IMG/VR virus record: IMGVR_UViG_3300024433_000001
Location: 1-58,212 of that record
Reading direction: 5' to 3' (one strand)
DNA from: a virus
Taxonomy: Duplodnaviria > Caudoviricetes
DNA length: 58,212 nucleotides
In this document: one piece after another, positions 18,616-27,743 of the stretch
Layout of the letters: each line of letters opens with the position of its first letter
Numbering within the stretch: position 1 is the stretch's first letter
Translations under genes and position numbers: made by a program
The notes under the pieces: generated by a model
Told to the model about the DNA's origin: nothing
The model's database searches: none
The model's input: only the letters and a program-made list of their open reading frames with translations

Positions 18616-19005
18616 TTACACAGGATCGGCGATTGCGTCGCTGAACGTAGGCACTGTCACGGTGTTCCCGGAAGTCAACGACTGATTGGCGGCAAGTGTC
18701 GTAACCCACAGCACCTTTGCATTGGCACTATCGCATATCGCGACACAGTTTGCTGTACCAGTGTTTGTAATTGAAATACCGGATTGTTCGGTGACTGTCA
18801 GCTTCCGGCCACTTGGGGCTGCGTTTTCGACAGTATAATCCCCATTCCCATGACCTACAGTCATGTTGTGCTGAGCAAGCATATAGGTTGCGCTCGCTTC
18901 TGTGTATGTCGTGGGCTGGGCGCTGCAGACAAACAATTTGTCGCCATTGTCTGCCATGTACTTCAGAAGAGCGTCCATCACGTCATCATGTACAAACTTT
19001 GCCAT
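18616..19005 (-). CDS. Virion protein (paralog of 19031..19435)
   Basis: DNGDKLFVCSAQPTTYTEASATYMLAQHNMTVGHGNGDYT shared with the neighbouring gene. Confidence 0.75.
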   Translation of the reverse strand: MAKFVHDDVMDALLKYMADNGDKLFVCSAQPTTYTEASATYMLAQHNMTVGHGNGDYTVENAAPSGRKLTVTEQSGISITNTGTANCVAICDSANAKVLWVTTLAANQSLTSGNTVTVPTFSDAIADPV

Positions 19006-19030
19006 TTTTTGTTTCCTTTCATACAGTTAA

Positions 19031-19435
19031 CTACGGACTATCAGATATCTGCCAAAAAAGGCCTGGCACACTTACTGTGTCAGCGGCGCCAAGCGATTGA
19101 TATTGTATAAGCTCAAACACAACCAACACCTTACCAGCGCCCGCGCTATCGCAAATAGCGACACAAACAGCTAACCCAGGATTTGTAACACCAACCCCAG
19201 GTTGCGCAGCAATCGCTAAAGTGCGGATCATGCCGAACAGAATGAAACCGTCATATACGGTATAATCTCCATTCCCATGACCTACAGTCATGTTGTGCTG
19301 AGCAAGCATATAAGTTGCGCTCGCTTCTGTGTATGTCGTGGGCTGGCTGCTACAGACAAACAATTTGTTGCCATTGTCTGCTACATAGTTCAATGCCGCG
19401 CCAAACAGATCTTCGTGTGACACAGGAAACGCCAT
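19031..19435 (-). CDS. Virion protein (paralog of 18616..19005)
   Basis: Near-identical ~120-nt segment 19260-19381 vs 18833-18954. Confidence 0.75.
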   Translation of the reverse strand: MAFPVSHEDLFGAALNYVADNGNKLFVCSSQPTTYTEASATYMLAQHNMTVGHGNGDYTVYDGFILFGMIRTLAIAAQPGVGVTNPGLAVCVAICDSAGAGKVLVVFELIQYQSLGAADTVSVPGLFWQISDSP

Positions 19436-19440
19436 ATCTG

Positions 19441-19989
19441 TTAACTTTCAACCAACGCGCCAACCAACGCTGACGTATGGATATGACTGGCGTCGTTCGG
19501 GTTAATTGCAAAAAGTTCAACCAAACCTGGGCATGTAGACATAGTCGTGTGGGTTGTTGGGTTGACCACAAGCAAAGAAGCCTGCTGAACTGTTGGAGTG
19601 CTTGAACTATGGGTGTGGCTCGTGTTGTTCATAGCAAGATCCAGCTCGAGCGCAATGCTTGGCGATGAATGTCCGTGGCTTATTGAATCAGGTATGGGCA
19701 ATGACGCGACAGCTTCTGCAATAGAAACTTCTCGGGATGTTTGTGCATGGGTTGTGTTATCTATAGACAAACTGACCCCTATTATCAGGGTTTTCGAGGC
19801 GTATTCAATTGGATATGGGGCAGGCTGGGACGAATCCATTTCTTCATCAGCGACAGGCTCGTATGTCGGTTCGCAGGTATGGGCGTGCCAACAATTGTCG
19901 GGTTGCAACCGGAAATAGGACAGATAAAGTGGGGGGTCGAGTCTTGCGGATAAAACAAGGCTATATACCGATAGTTGATAGTCAGCCAT
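19441..19989 (-). CDS. Hypothetical Ser/Thr/His-rich virion protein
   Basis: Tiles the operon; repeated HxHTS-like motifs. Confidence 0.55.
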   Translation of the reverse strand: MADYQLSVYSLVLSARLDPPLYLSYFRLQPDNCWHAHTCEPTYEPVADEEMDSSQPAPYPIEYASKTLIIGVSLSIDNTTHAQTSREVSIAEAVASLPIPDSISHGHSSPSIALELDLAMNNTSHTHSSSTPTVQQASLLVVNPTTHTTMSTCPGLVELFAINPNDASHIHTSALVGALVES

Positions 19990-19992
19990 GTG

Positions 19993-20337
19993 CTATCTCC
20001 CTAACAGAATACGGAGCGCTTGGCCTAAAAAATCTTGGGCTCGTTGTTGGTTTGCCAAGTCGTCACTATCTTCAACCAACGCTGAGGCGCATGTTAACGC
20101 CGCAAGGGCTTGCCGGCTGTCCTCAGCAACCTTCAATGTTGTGCCATTACTCGTTATTTTGGACGGGCTAGACATGGTGCCATCCGATTTAAGGAACAAA
20201 TCCGGGCGCATATCAGCCAAACGCCGCTGTGCGTCGTCCAGATAACCCTGAAGGGTCGAATCGTCCCAACGGTAATTGTTCTGGTCCTGATCGTTCAGAT
20301 TTTGTCGTATCACATCTATTACATCGCCTGCGGTCAT
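19993..20337 (-). CDS. Putative head-tail adaptor
   Basis: DVIDVIRQNLND...RWDDSTLQGYLDDAQRRLADMRPD helical adaptor-like pattern. Confidence 0.6.
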   Translation of the reverse strand: MTAGDVIDVIRQNLNDQDQNNYRWDDSTLQGYLDDAQRRLADMRPDLFLKSDGTMSSPSKITSNGTTLKVAEDSRQALAALTCASALVEDSDDLANQQRAQDFLGQALRILLGR

Positions 20338-20349
20338 ATTGTCGGGCTC

Positions 20350-21504
20350 CTACACAAACTCCGGGATTGTTACTTGCAATGCGCCTGGTCCGCGTCTATC
20401 AAACGTTTCACGTTTGGCTTCGTTCACACCGACGTTGTAACTTTCCAGGTAAAATGCCGCGTTATTGGGGTCAAACCAAAGTTTGGCTGACATTGCTTTC
20501 AACGCGCCGATAGTTCCGTCAACAACCACACGACCCCACCGTTGTAGCAACCAGGTCGGGTAACCCGAACAATCTTCGTCGGGAATCAGCACAACCTCTA
20601 CGTCAATAGGTTCGCCATCTGTCGCAAACACCGGTAAAAGCCGTAGTGTGCCTCCATCTGCCGATACTTTATCGAATCCACATGCGGTACGGGCTACTAT
20701 CGTCCGAAAAGTCCAGTAATCCCCTTGGTCGTGGCCTGTAGTAGCCTCGAATGTGATGGTTATCCCATTGTTCAAGGTCTGTACTGACCCGGTGATTGGT
20801 ACACCTGTGGCGTTCCACGTGGAACCACCGTTATCAGACCATTTGAATGTGTCCGGGGCGCCTTCGGCATCAATCTCGATCTTGTACTGACATCCTGTGG
20901 CACCCGCAAACGCGCCTGTAACCGTTAAATCATTCAGGTTGTTGCCCCCACCGCTACCATTAACAAACGTCGCAGGGCCAACACTCGATGTGCGCGTTTG
21001 TACATTCAACACCCTGCGTACTGATGCGCTGTATGTCGTGATAATGGAATAGTTCTCTTGGTGGGCTGCTGAGGTAAGCGGAGCCAAATCTTCGTGCCAG
21101 ATCTCGCTCTTGACGCAGAAATCGTGTGCGCGTTTGCGTAAAACTTGTTTCATTAAAGGGTCAGGAACCCCGCCCACATAAGGCGCGACCTGTGGTATTA
21201 GGTTGTAAAGGTTTTCGCTCTGGTCTGCGCCCCCCGAGACCGTCCCCTGGAAGTAATACGTTTCGCCGGCGTAAACGATTTCTACATAGTATTCGTAGGT
21301 GAGGTTATCGGCTGGGTCCGTAAATGTATAGCTGTACGCGCCTGTGGACCCTTGGCTCATCACAGTATCATCTGCCACCACCACAGCCTGTGTATCAGTC
21401 CGCCTGGCACCATATGTCCCTGTCGGATCGGATAGTTTGCAGCTTGTCGGATCTACAAGAACGTTATCTACCTTGAACCGTTTCGCTATTGTTGTCTGGC
21501 TCAT
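20350..21504 (-). CDS. Putative tail tubular protein A-like adaptor with extra beta-rich domains
   Basis: LIPQVAPYVGGVPDPLMKQVLRKRAHDFCVKSEIW core; inserted FKWSDNGGSTW...GDYWTF domain. Confidence 0.55.
   Translation of the reverse strand: MSQTTIAKRFKVDNVLVDPTSCKLSDPTGTYGARRTDTQAVVVADDTVMSQGSTGAYSYTFTDPADNLTYEYYVEIVYAGETYYFQGTVSGGADQSENLYNLIPQVAPYVGGVPDPLMKQVLRKRAHDFCVKSEIWHEDLAPLTSAAHQENYSIITTYSASVRRVLNVQTRTSSVGPATFVNGSGGGNNLNDLTVTGAFAGATGCQYKIEIDAEGAPDTFKWSDNGGSTWNATGVPITGSVQTLNNGITITFEATTGHDQGDYWTFRTIVARTACGFDKVSADGGTLRLLPVFATDGEPIDVEVVLIPDEDCSGYPTWLLQRWGRVVVDGTIGALKAMSAKLWFDPNNAAFYLESYNVGVNEAKRETFDRRGPGALQVTIPEFV
20812..20825. promoter_or_regulatory. parS-like palindrome GTTCCACGTGGAAC (intragenic)
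   Basis: Matches the 14-bp core of the bacterial parS consensus GTT(T/C)CACGTG(G/A)AAC. Confidence 0.4.
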
Positions 21505-21525
21505 TTAATCTGTTTCCTCGCGCCG

Positions 21526-21651
21526 TTAGTCCGAACTTTCGTCCTCAAGCGTGAACACATCGTCTTCGAGGATAATATCATGCACAGGACTTTCCGGTTG
21601 CGGCGTTACCCCGAAACCATGCGACAAAATCGATAGCGCATCAACCTCCAT
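21526..21651 (-). CDS. Small acidic protein (41 aa) not in the ORF track
   Basis: TAATG overlap with the upstream stop; MEVDALSILSHGFG...EDESSD fills the gap. Confidence 0.5.
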   Translation of the reverse strand: MEVDALSILSHGFGVTPQPESPVHDIILEDDVFTLEDESSD

Positions 21652-22487
21652 TAGCTCTTTACCCTTCCACTACCATTTGTTTGAATTGTCAGCGTAATTA
21701 CCTTTGTTGTATCGTCGTTTGCGTAAAATTCGAGTGTAAGCGGATCGGTTGCCGTCCGAATGACTTTACCGCCTACCAACGAAGAAATTCGTTTCAAAGC
21801 TGTCTGGACATCTAAACTGCCATCAACGATTCCGGCGAGAATTGCGTCCCGGACTTCGTTTGCTGATGGGTCGTTCAAAGCGGCAACTGCGTTCGAGATA
21901 TTAGTTTGGTTGGCGAGAGTGGCATCACCGCCGCTAGGGGCTTGTTCTAAAGCGTTTTGGGTAAACCGATAAACGCCCCCGTCTTGTTCTACAGCCGTAT
22001 CAACTTTATCTGTCACACTCTGAATAGTTGATAGTGCAGCCACATTGGATGCGACGACTTCACCAGAGGCGTTACAGGCCAGTTTGTTGTTTGCGTTTGT
22101 CAACACGGCCCCGCCTATCACGGCAGCAGCCACTGTAGCCCATTCTGTGTCACCATGGGTTTTCAACCCGCCCGCGTCCAGGAAGTCTGTGCCCGCCCCT
22201 TGCCAATATCCGCTCTTTGACCCTACAGCCGGATCGCCTGGCGCTGGCGCCGATCCAACTTGTTGAAATGACACGATAAAATAGGAACCGGCGCTTACTG
22301 CCGGGAAGGTTCCAGTGTACACCCCGCTGGTATCTTGTTCTGTAAGCGTAATGTCGTAGGTGGCCCAATTGGCTTTGGCGTAGGCCTCGAACGCGGAACC
22401 ATTCCAGATATTGCCCGAGCTGTCCCGGACATGAAAGTATAGGGTTTCCCCTGTCCGACCTCGGGCTATCATAATTTCCTGGGCCAT
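21651..22487 (-). CDS. Hypothetical virion protein
   Basis: Beta-rich N-terminus, TAATG coupling, late operon. Confidence 0.65.
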   Translation of the reverse strand: MAQEIMIARGRTGETLYFHVRDSSGNIWNGSAFEAYAKANWATYDITLTEQDTSGVYTGTFPAVSAGSYFIVSFQQVGSAPAPGDPAVGSKSGYWQGAGTDFLDAGGLKTHGDTEWATVAAAVIGGAVLTNANNKLACNASGEVVASNVAALSTIQSVTDKVDTAVEQDGGVYRFTQNALEQAPSGGDATLANQTNISNAVAALNDPSANEVRDAILAGIVDGSLDVQTALKRISSLVGGKVIRTATDPLTLEFYANDDTTKVITLTIQTNGSGRVKS

Positions 22488-22948
22488 TATATAAACACCC
22501 TTATGTCAGTGATGTACCCGTCTGTGCCGTTATCACTATTCTCAATGTCCGACATGCCTGGGCGAAGATAAACCTGTGCAAACGATATTGAGTTGCTGTC
22601 CAACCCGGGCGGAGACGGGCTTACATTTTCGGCCCCTTGTTTGATGTTCACGCCTGCACCCAACGTAAACTGGACAAGGTCTATCCGATCATTATTCGTC
22701 GGTTTGGTCAGCGTCGGCGTCTCTGTAGCAGCAAGCCGAGCGATCCGTTTTGATATAAAACCCCGAAACGTGCCTACCTCGACCTTCATCGAGGGGGGAT
22801 CTTCTGCAACAACCTGGCCTTCATCGCCATCATTGCGGATCACACCGTCACCGCCGCCCCAAGCCAGCGATAGGATATACTCGAACTCTGGGTTGCTTAT
22901 TTCACATAAAACAAGTGGCATACCAAATCCCTTGTTTACTTGTGCCAT
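22487..22948 (-). CDS. Tail-fibre/baseplate-like protein
   Basis: PSMKVEVGT...DRIDLV...AQVYL...ITDIRVFI pattern. Confidence 0.55.
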   Translation of the reverse strand: MAQVNKGFGMPLVLCEISNPEFEYILSLAWGGGDGVIRNDGDEGQVVAEDPPSMKVEVGTFRGFISKRIARLAATETPTLTKPTNNDRIDLVQFTLGAGVNIKQGAENVSPSPPGLDSNSISFAQVYLRPGMSDIENSDNGTDGYITDIRVFI

Positions 22949-24291
22949 TCGCTCTCGTGTGGCAACTTCATTTCTAATGTTACGAATTGCCGAATAAATA
23001 ATAGGTTCCCTGACTGCGTGTGCCAGGGAGCTGCTTCAAGATAGTCTCCCCAGGCGCGTACGCCGGAACGTAGATTAAACCAAGCTACCATATCAGGTTC
23101 TGCGGAATTGAGTTGTGGTTGAATTACAATTCTAAAATCGTCTCCGCCCGGCAAAATAACGTTGTGAACGCTTTCTCCTGCCGGTATTGTTGTGGCAGAA
23201 GGGGAAACGGTAGGGTCGCTGTAAGACCCCCTAAATGTTCTGAACAGCATATCTGGCGCCCAGCTTGCTGGCACAAGCTCCTGGCATTGGTCATATCTTA
23301 CAAACTTGAGTTGGGCCGGAATGTCATTATCGCCCCACCAGTTGCCTATTAAGAAATAACGGTTTGTGGCCCAGCAAAAATTCCAATGAAAAAATATGGC
23401 AAATGTAGCATAATACTTTGTTTCTAAACCAACTTGCCCCATAAAAAAAGAGCCGGGAGGCGTGTCAATCCAAACAAGTGGATTTAGAAGTACACGAAAA
23501 GTATAGTCGGCAAGATATTCAAAAATATACTGCCATGTCGGATATATACGATCCACGAGGTATGGACAGCCAGACGAACCATCATGGGATATATTAGGGT
23601 TTATTTTGTCAGGGAACAATGGGCGTAGTTCCGTGTATGGCTGTGGCGGCCACCCCCCGCTTGCGGCGCTTACATACAAACGATCCGAATACTCTGAATA
23701 GGGACTATCGGGATCATATACAGCCCCCTCCGTACCCCACCAACCCTCGAATGGGGACGTAGCAGAAAAAACCCCCACATAATGATCTCCTTCAGTGGTC
23801 GGAGGCCACTCGATCTCTTCGGCAACTGAAGAAATATAGCAAAGATGATCTATAATAGTGCGAATGTCGTAAACAGACTGTTGCCACGACTCGGTTAGGT
23901 TAAAGGCAAACGGATGTGATACAGTTGTTGGCCCAGAATAACTCGTCCCGTCTGCGTCCGCCCACCGATATTGGGTACCGAACTTCGCACCCCCATGTGC
24001 GGCACAGTATTCAATGCTAGTTGTCTTTTCATGTAAAAGTTGTCTTATCATGTCACGCGCGTTTCGGCGACCTAAGAAAAATGCGGTTCCATCATCTTGG
24101 CCTACTAGAGCATTGTTCTCGGGGTTGGCATGCAACCAGCTGAAATCTGTTTTGTCTTGTCCAACAAACTCCCGACGACGATTGATTTCTCTAGCAAGTT
24201 GCGCCCAGATGTCGGATTTCAGCGGCCCCTCGGCACACGGATTTTTCCTTTGGAGCCAGTTCCCTACAGGTGGTAGATATTGTATTGCCAT
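22936..24291 (-). CDS. Hypothetical virion protein (451 aa)
   Basis: Long ORF in the late operon. Confidence 0.65.
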   Translation of the reverse strand: MAIQYLPPVGNWLQRKNPCAEGPLKSDIWAQLAREINRRREFVGQDKTDFSWLHANPENNALVGQDDGTAFFLGRRNARDMIRQLLHEKTTSIEYCAAHGGAKFGTQYRWADADGTSYSGPTTVSHPFAFNLTESWQQSVYDIRTIIDHLCYISSVAEEIEWPPTTEGDHYVGVFSATSPFEGWWGTEGAVYDPDSPYSEYSDRLYVSAASGGWPPQPYTELRPLFPDKINPNISHDGSSGCPYLVDRIYPTWQYIFEYLADYTFRVLLNPLVWIDTPPGSFFMGQVGLETKYYATFAIFFHWNFCWATNRYFLIGNWWGDNDIPAQLKFVRYDQCQELVPASWAPDMLFRTFRGSYSDPTVSPSATTIPAGESVHNVILPGGDDFRIVIQPQLNSAEPDMVAWFNLRSGVRAWGDYLEAAPWHTQSGNLLFIRQFVTLEMKLPHESEWHK

Positions 24292-24292
24292 G

Positions 24293-24544
24293 TTATTTTC
24301 CGCCTGAGACTGCTTCCCTCAGCTTATCCAAGGCTTGCCAGATTCGAGTTATCTCATCTTTGATCTCTGTTAGTTGTCTCTGGGCGCTTTCTTGAAAAAT
24401 CTCAAAAGCCTCTCTTCCTATATATTTTATCCCAGGGTTGTTTTTGTTTTTCCTGGAAGGTACAAGTCTGATAATAGCCGCTGTTATTGGTGCAGAGAAA
24501 GCAAGCATAACTAGACCAACACTTAAGATTGAAGTTGGTTCCAT
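24293..24544 (-). CDS. Single-TM coiled-coil protein, holin-like
   Basis: Hydrophobic ILSVGLVMLAFSAPITAAII followed by a coiled coil; AAGGA RBS. Confidence 0.5.
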   Translation of the reverse strand: MEPTSILSVGLVMLAFSAPITAAIIRLVPSRKNKNNPGIKYIGREAFEIFQESAQRQLTEIKDEITRIWQALDKLREAVSGGK

Positions 24545-24558
24545 TATTGATCCTTTCT

Positions 24559-24906
24559 TTAGGGTTTTGGTATCTCAACTATTTCTTCTTTTGTTATTGT
24601 TTTAATCGCTCTAACAATTTCGGAATCATCTTCCCAACCAGCCATAAAAGCATCCTGCAACCATCGTTTGGCAACTTCTTTCCGTTTTGCCTCATCTAGG
24701 GGCGGTTTCAGAGCCAATTCGATTGCATCTAGTTGTTCTTGGGTCAATAACGATTCTAAAATATGAACTACCCTCACAGCATCTCGATTCATGATCGTGA
24801 TGATTGCTTTTGGATGTTTGAAAGCTGGTGATTCCTGGGCAATCACAACTGTCGACCCTATAGCTATCGGGATAGCCAAAGCAACAAAAAACAGAATCTT
24901 ATACAT
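24559..24906 (-). CDS. Hypothetical protein with signal peptide
   Basis: MYKILFFVALAIPIAIGSTVVIA-QE; GAGGAGG RBS. Confidence 0.6.
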   Translation of the reverse strand: MYKILFFVALAIPIAIGSTVVIAQESPAFKHPKAIITIMNRDAVRVVHILESLLTQEQLDAIELALKPPLDEAKRKEVAKRWLQDAFMAGWEDDSEIVRAIKTITKEEIVEIPKP

Positions 24907-24915
24907 TTCCCCTCC

Positions 24916-26244
24916 TCAGTTTACGTCTGTCCATGTTCCATAACTACCAGTAACAACCCAAAATGAATTATTGACGGCGAGTAATGTTACAGTATTTCCA
25001 TGTGTAGAGGATCGAATTGCGTCACCGACAGCGTTTGTTAAACCTAAAATCCTGTCTGCATTGTCAGGATTAACGTCCATATTCTGTATTGCTAAAACAA
25101 CAAAAGTATAAGACATTCCGATAGCTGTACTTGCTTCTGGAAGATTCCAAACGCCTGCGCCGCCCGCTCCTGCATTAGTTTGTACTGTCTCAGTTTCGGC
25201 AATTGAACATGTTTTCCCATCTACATCGTTTACCACTTTCCTTAACATCCCGTAGGCTTCTGCTCCGCCATCTCCATAAATCGTTCCTTCTGCGCACAAA
25301 TTGCCTGTTACTTGTAAACCCCCGTTGATTAGGACTTTGTTGTTTGGATCGAGTGTGATAAGATTTGGATCTGCCGTTGCTCCTATTTGAAGACCATCTA
25401 CAGCAAGGTCGCCGTCCAGTTGCAGGTTGCCCGAGTTGTCAAATCTCCAGATCTCAGTTGATCCGCCATTATAGGCTTTGACCCCGCCAGTGCCGCCCCA
25501 CCGGTTTAGCTGGACGTAACTCGTGCCGCTGGCCATTAGACCCAATATCTGGTTTGTGGCACCGGGGAACAGGGACAGATTCACATTTGTAGGCGATCGG
25601 ATAAATGACCCTAACCCTGAGAAATTGTTGTTAACGCACAATGCCGCAGCGCTTGTATCTATACTAATTGTTCCAGCGTTTATGATGTTGCCGCCGCCCA
25701 CAGTAAGATCACCACCAATAGTCAGGTTTTTGTTCAAATCAAATTCATCGCCCGCCTCGTCCCAGGACAGTTTGGGTGTGCCGGTCACCCCTACAGTTAT
25801 CAGGTCGGCGTTGGCGTCGCCTGTCGGGTCAACGTCAAGGCCGTCTTCGTCAACTTGGAGATATGTCAATTTGGTGGTCTGGCCGATAGCGCTCCCGTCT
25901 ATTGTTAGCTGATCAGCCACGTCGCCGTCATCCCAAGGATGTGCGATGTTAACCCAATCGCCAGTGATGGTCTCTGCTTCGTCAAGCATTCCAATGCTTG
26001 CGGTATCAGACAATGCGTCGCTATTTATCTGAACCCCGCCGATTTTGTAAAGTTTGCCTGTACCGATATCGACGCCACCATCCGTGTTGATCTGGCCGTC
26101 TTTCTCGAAGTCAGCGCCACCGTTAACCGAATCGCCATAGCCCCCACCAACACAAAGTTCCTCAATGTATCGAGGGTTCGACCCTATCCCAACAGAACAT
26201 AGAACAAGACAACTGATTACCAAAATCCTGATATAACGGTTCAT
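24916..26244 (-). CDS. Gly-rich beta-structured fibre/spike-like protein with signal-peptide-like N-terminus
   Basis: MNRYIRILVISCLVLCSVGIG; repeated LTIGGDLTVGG / LQLDGDLAVDG / LINGGLQVTG motifs. Confidence 0.6.
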   Translation of the reverse strand: MNRYIRILVISCLVLCSVGIGSNPRYIEELCVGGGYGDSVNGGADFEKDGQINTDGGVDIGTGKLYKIGGVQINSDALSDTASIGMLDEAETITGDWVNIAHPWDDGDVADQLTIDGSAIGQTTKLTYLQVDEDGLDVDPTGDANADLITVGVTGTPKLSWDEAGDEFDLNKNLTIGGDLTVGGGNIINAGTISIDTSAAALCVNNNFSGLGSFIRSPTNVNLSLFPGATNQILGLMASGTSYVQLNRWGGTGGVKAYNGGSTEIWRFDNSGNLQLDGDLAVDGLQIGATADPNLITLDPNNKVLINGGLQVTGNLCAEGTIYGDGGAEAYGMLRKVVNDVDGKTCSIAETETVQTNAGAGGAGVWNLPEASTAIGMSYTFVVLAIQNMDVNPDNADRILGLTNAVGDAIRSSTHGNTVTLLAVNNSFWVVTGSYGTWTDVN

Positions 26245-26248
26245 CCGG

Positions 26249-26692
26249 CTATCTCCCTGTCCCGACACGTTCCTCCCGCTCGGATTCGAGTTCTTTCAAC
26301 TGTCTGCGCATACCGTCTACTGTAAGGTCTGGCGGCATTTCATAGCCAAAATGTGTAATGGCATACGCCATCAGCGCCGGGCGTGTCCGCAACCTATCTA
26401 TTGTCGATTTTGTCCGTGGACGGCCACCCAACCGGTTTGTTGGACCGTGGTCGGCTACGGGCTCGGTCTCATGCGATACTTCGGTTGGCTCAACTGCCTC
26501 GATCTCGGGCCCGACATCTGGCCCAGCCTCGGGTTCGCTGTCTACAGACTCTGCGATAACCCGCGTTGAGGGCAAAGGTTCCTGGCCGGTAACCTGATCC
26601 CGCGTTATTTCCTGCATATCATTCTGGGCCGCAAGTTCCGGTGTCCACAGGAATGTCGCTCGGTCGTTTCTCATCAAATATCGCGTTGCCAT
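26249..26692 (-). CDS. Hypothetical protein
   Basis: ORF with GGTGG RBS in the late operon. Confidence 0.6.
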   Translation of the reverse strand: MATRYLMRNDRATFLWTPELAAQNDMQEITRDQVTGQEPLPSTRVIAESVDSEPEAGPDVGPEIEAVEPTEVSHETEPVADHGPTNRLGGRPRTKSTIDRLRTRPALMAYAITHFGYEMPPDLTVDGMRRQLKELESEREERVGTGR

Positions 26693-26731
26693 ATAACCAC
26701 CATCCTTTCGCTACCCTGTAACCAAACCGGT

Positions 26732-27103
26732 TTATCCGATAATCGCCTCAAACGTACCGGATTTCGATGCGCCCCCTGCCGTAACCACAACTTTGATCCG
26801 TTCGCCAGCAACCCAGATGTGACATTCAACGGGTTCGCCTGCCGCAGCGTACAACGATGCCGCACCAGCCGGGTCGTGGGTCGGTTGCCGGGGACAAATA
26901 GCTTTACTAGCGTTTACGTTGTTCTCGGTCCAGACATTTTGCCCTGTCTTGTCTGTGGTAATGGCAAAGTCCACCCCATCGGCAAAATCCACTTTTGTAT
27001 AAGCGATTCTAAGCACCCGCCCTTGCGCGGCAGGGAAATATGCCGTGGCGCCACCGCCGGCAGCCGTTATAACAGAGATCGTATATCGTTCGGGCCTTTC
27101 CAT
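26732..27103 (-). CDS. Hypothetical virion protein
   Basis: AAGGA RBS; beta-rich. Confidence 0.65.
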   Translation of the reverse strand: MERPERYTISVITAAGGGATAYFPAAQGRVLRIAYTKVDFADGVDFAITTDKTGQNVWTENNVNASKAICPRQPTHDPAGAASLYAAAGEPVECHIWVAGERIKVVVTAGGASKSGTFEAIIG

Positions 27104-27230
27104 ACCAAGATCCTTTCACAGTAGTTCAAAGGGAATGCGCCCAAGCACTCAGGGTTCCGTGTGCAGGACAAGGGTCAGTCGTCTTGCATCGTATAGCCTG
27201 GGCGCAATATCCCGTCGTGCCCGGTTGTGG

Positions 27231-27698
27231 TTAACCGTCAGCGCGGTAGCTGTAACAAGCTGCCGTCACAGTAAGCACAAGCGTAGTCGGATTTCCGGTT
27301 TTGAGCTCGAGGTCAATCACATCAGCGGTCGCGTAAAAGACGCCAGCAGCTTCCTGGTCCGTTGAATCATCGAACACATCGGCTACAGCGCCAGTGCCGC
27401 CGTCGATCCATGTGTCAAGCGCAGTAGCATCGCCAATATCAAAGTCGGTGACTGCCGAATCAGCAACTTCAATATGTGTCCCGACGGTAAGCACTTTCGT
27501 GCCTTTCGGGATATTGAAAAGCTGAAGGATATCAGCGGCCTTAGGCGAATCTGTCTCGACATCACGAGACCAATCGCGCCATTTGGCGAAATTGATCCGT
27601 TTCCTCAAAAACACTAGCCCGCCCGCATGGTCTGGCGGTAGGGCGATAGGCACTGTCACAGAGTCGCCTACTCGCAGGTTAAAAGTTGACACGGCCAT
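27231..27698 (-). CDS. Capsid decoration/cement-like protein
   Basis: Directly after the MCP; IPKGTKVLTVG...FDIGD; GGAGG RBS. Confidence 0.6.
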   Translation of the reverse strand: MAVSTFNLRVGDSVTVPIALPPDHAGGLVFLRKRINFAKWRDWSRDVETDSPKAADILQLFNIPKGTKVLTVGTHIEVADSAVTDFDIGDATALDTWIDGGTGAVADVFDDSTDQEAAGVFYATADVIDLELKTGNPTTLVLTVTAACYSYRADG

Positions 27699-27743
27699 TG
27701 TATGGCCCTCCTTTCTTGTTGCGATTATCGCAAATGGTTACGG

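Noticed and set aside
18833-19381. Near-identical repeat pair as a diversity-generating retroelement TR/VR
   Set aside because: No reverse transcriptase in the genome, mismatches are not adenine-specific, and both copies are mid-gene
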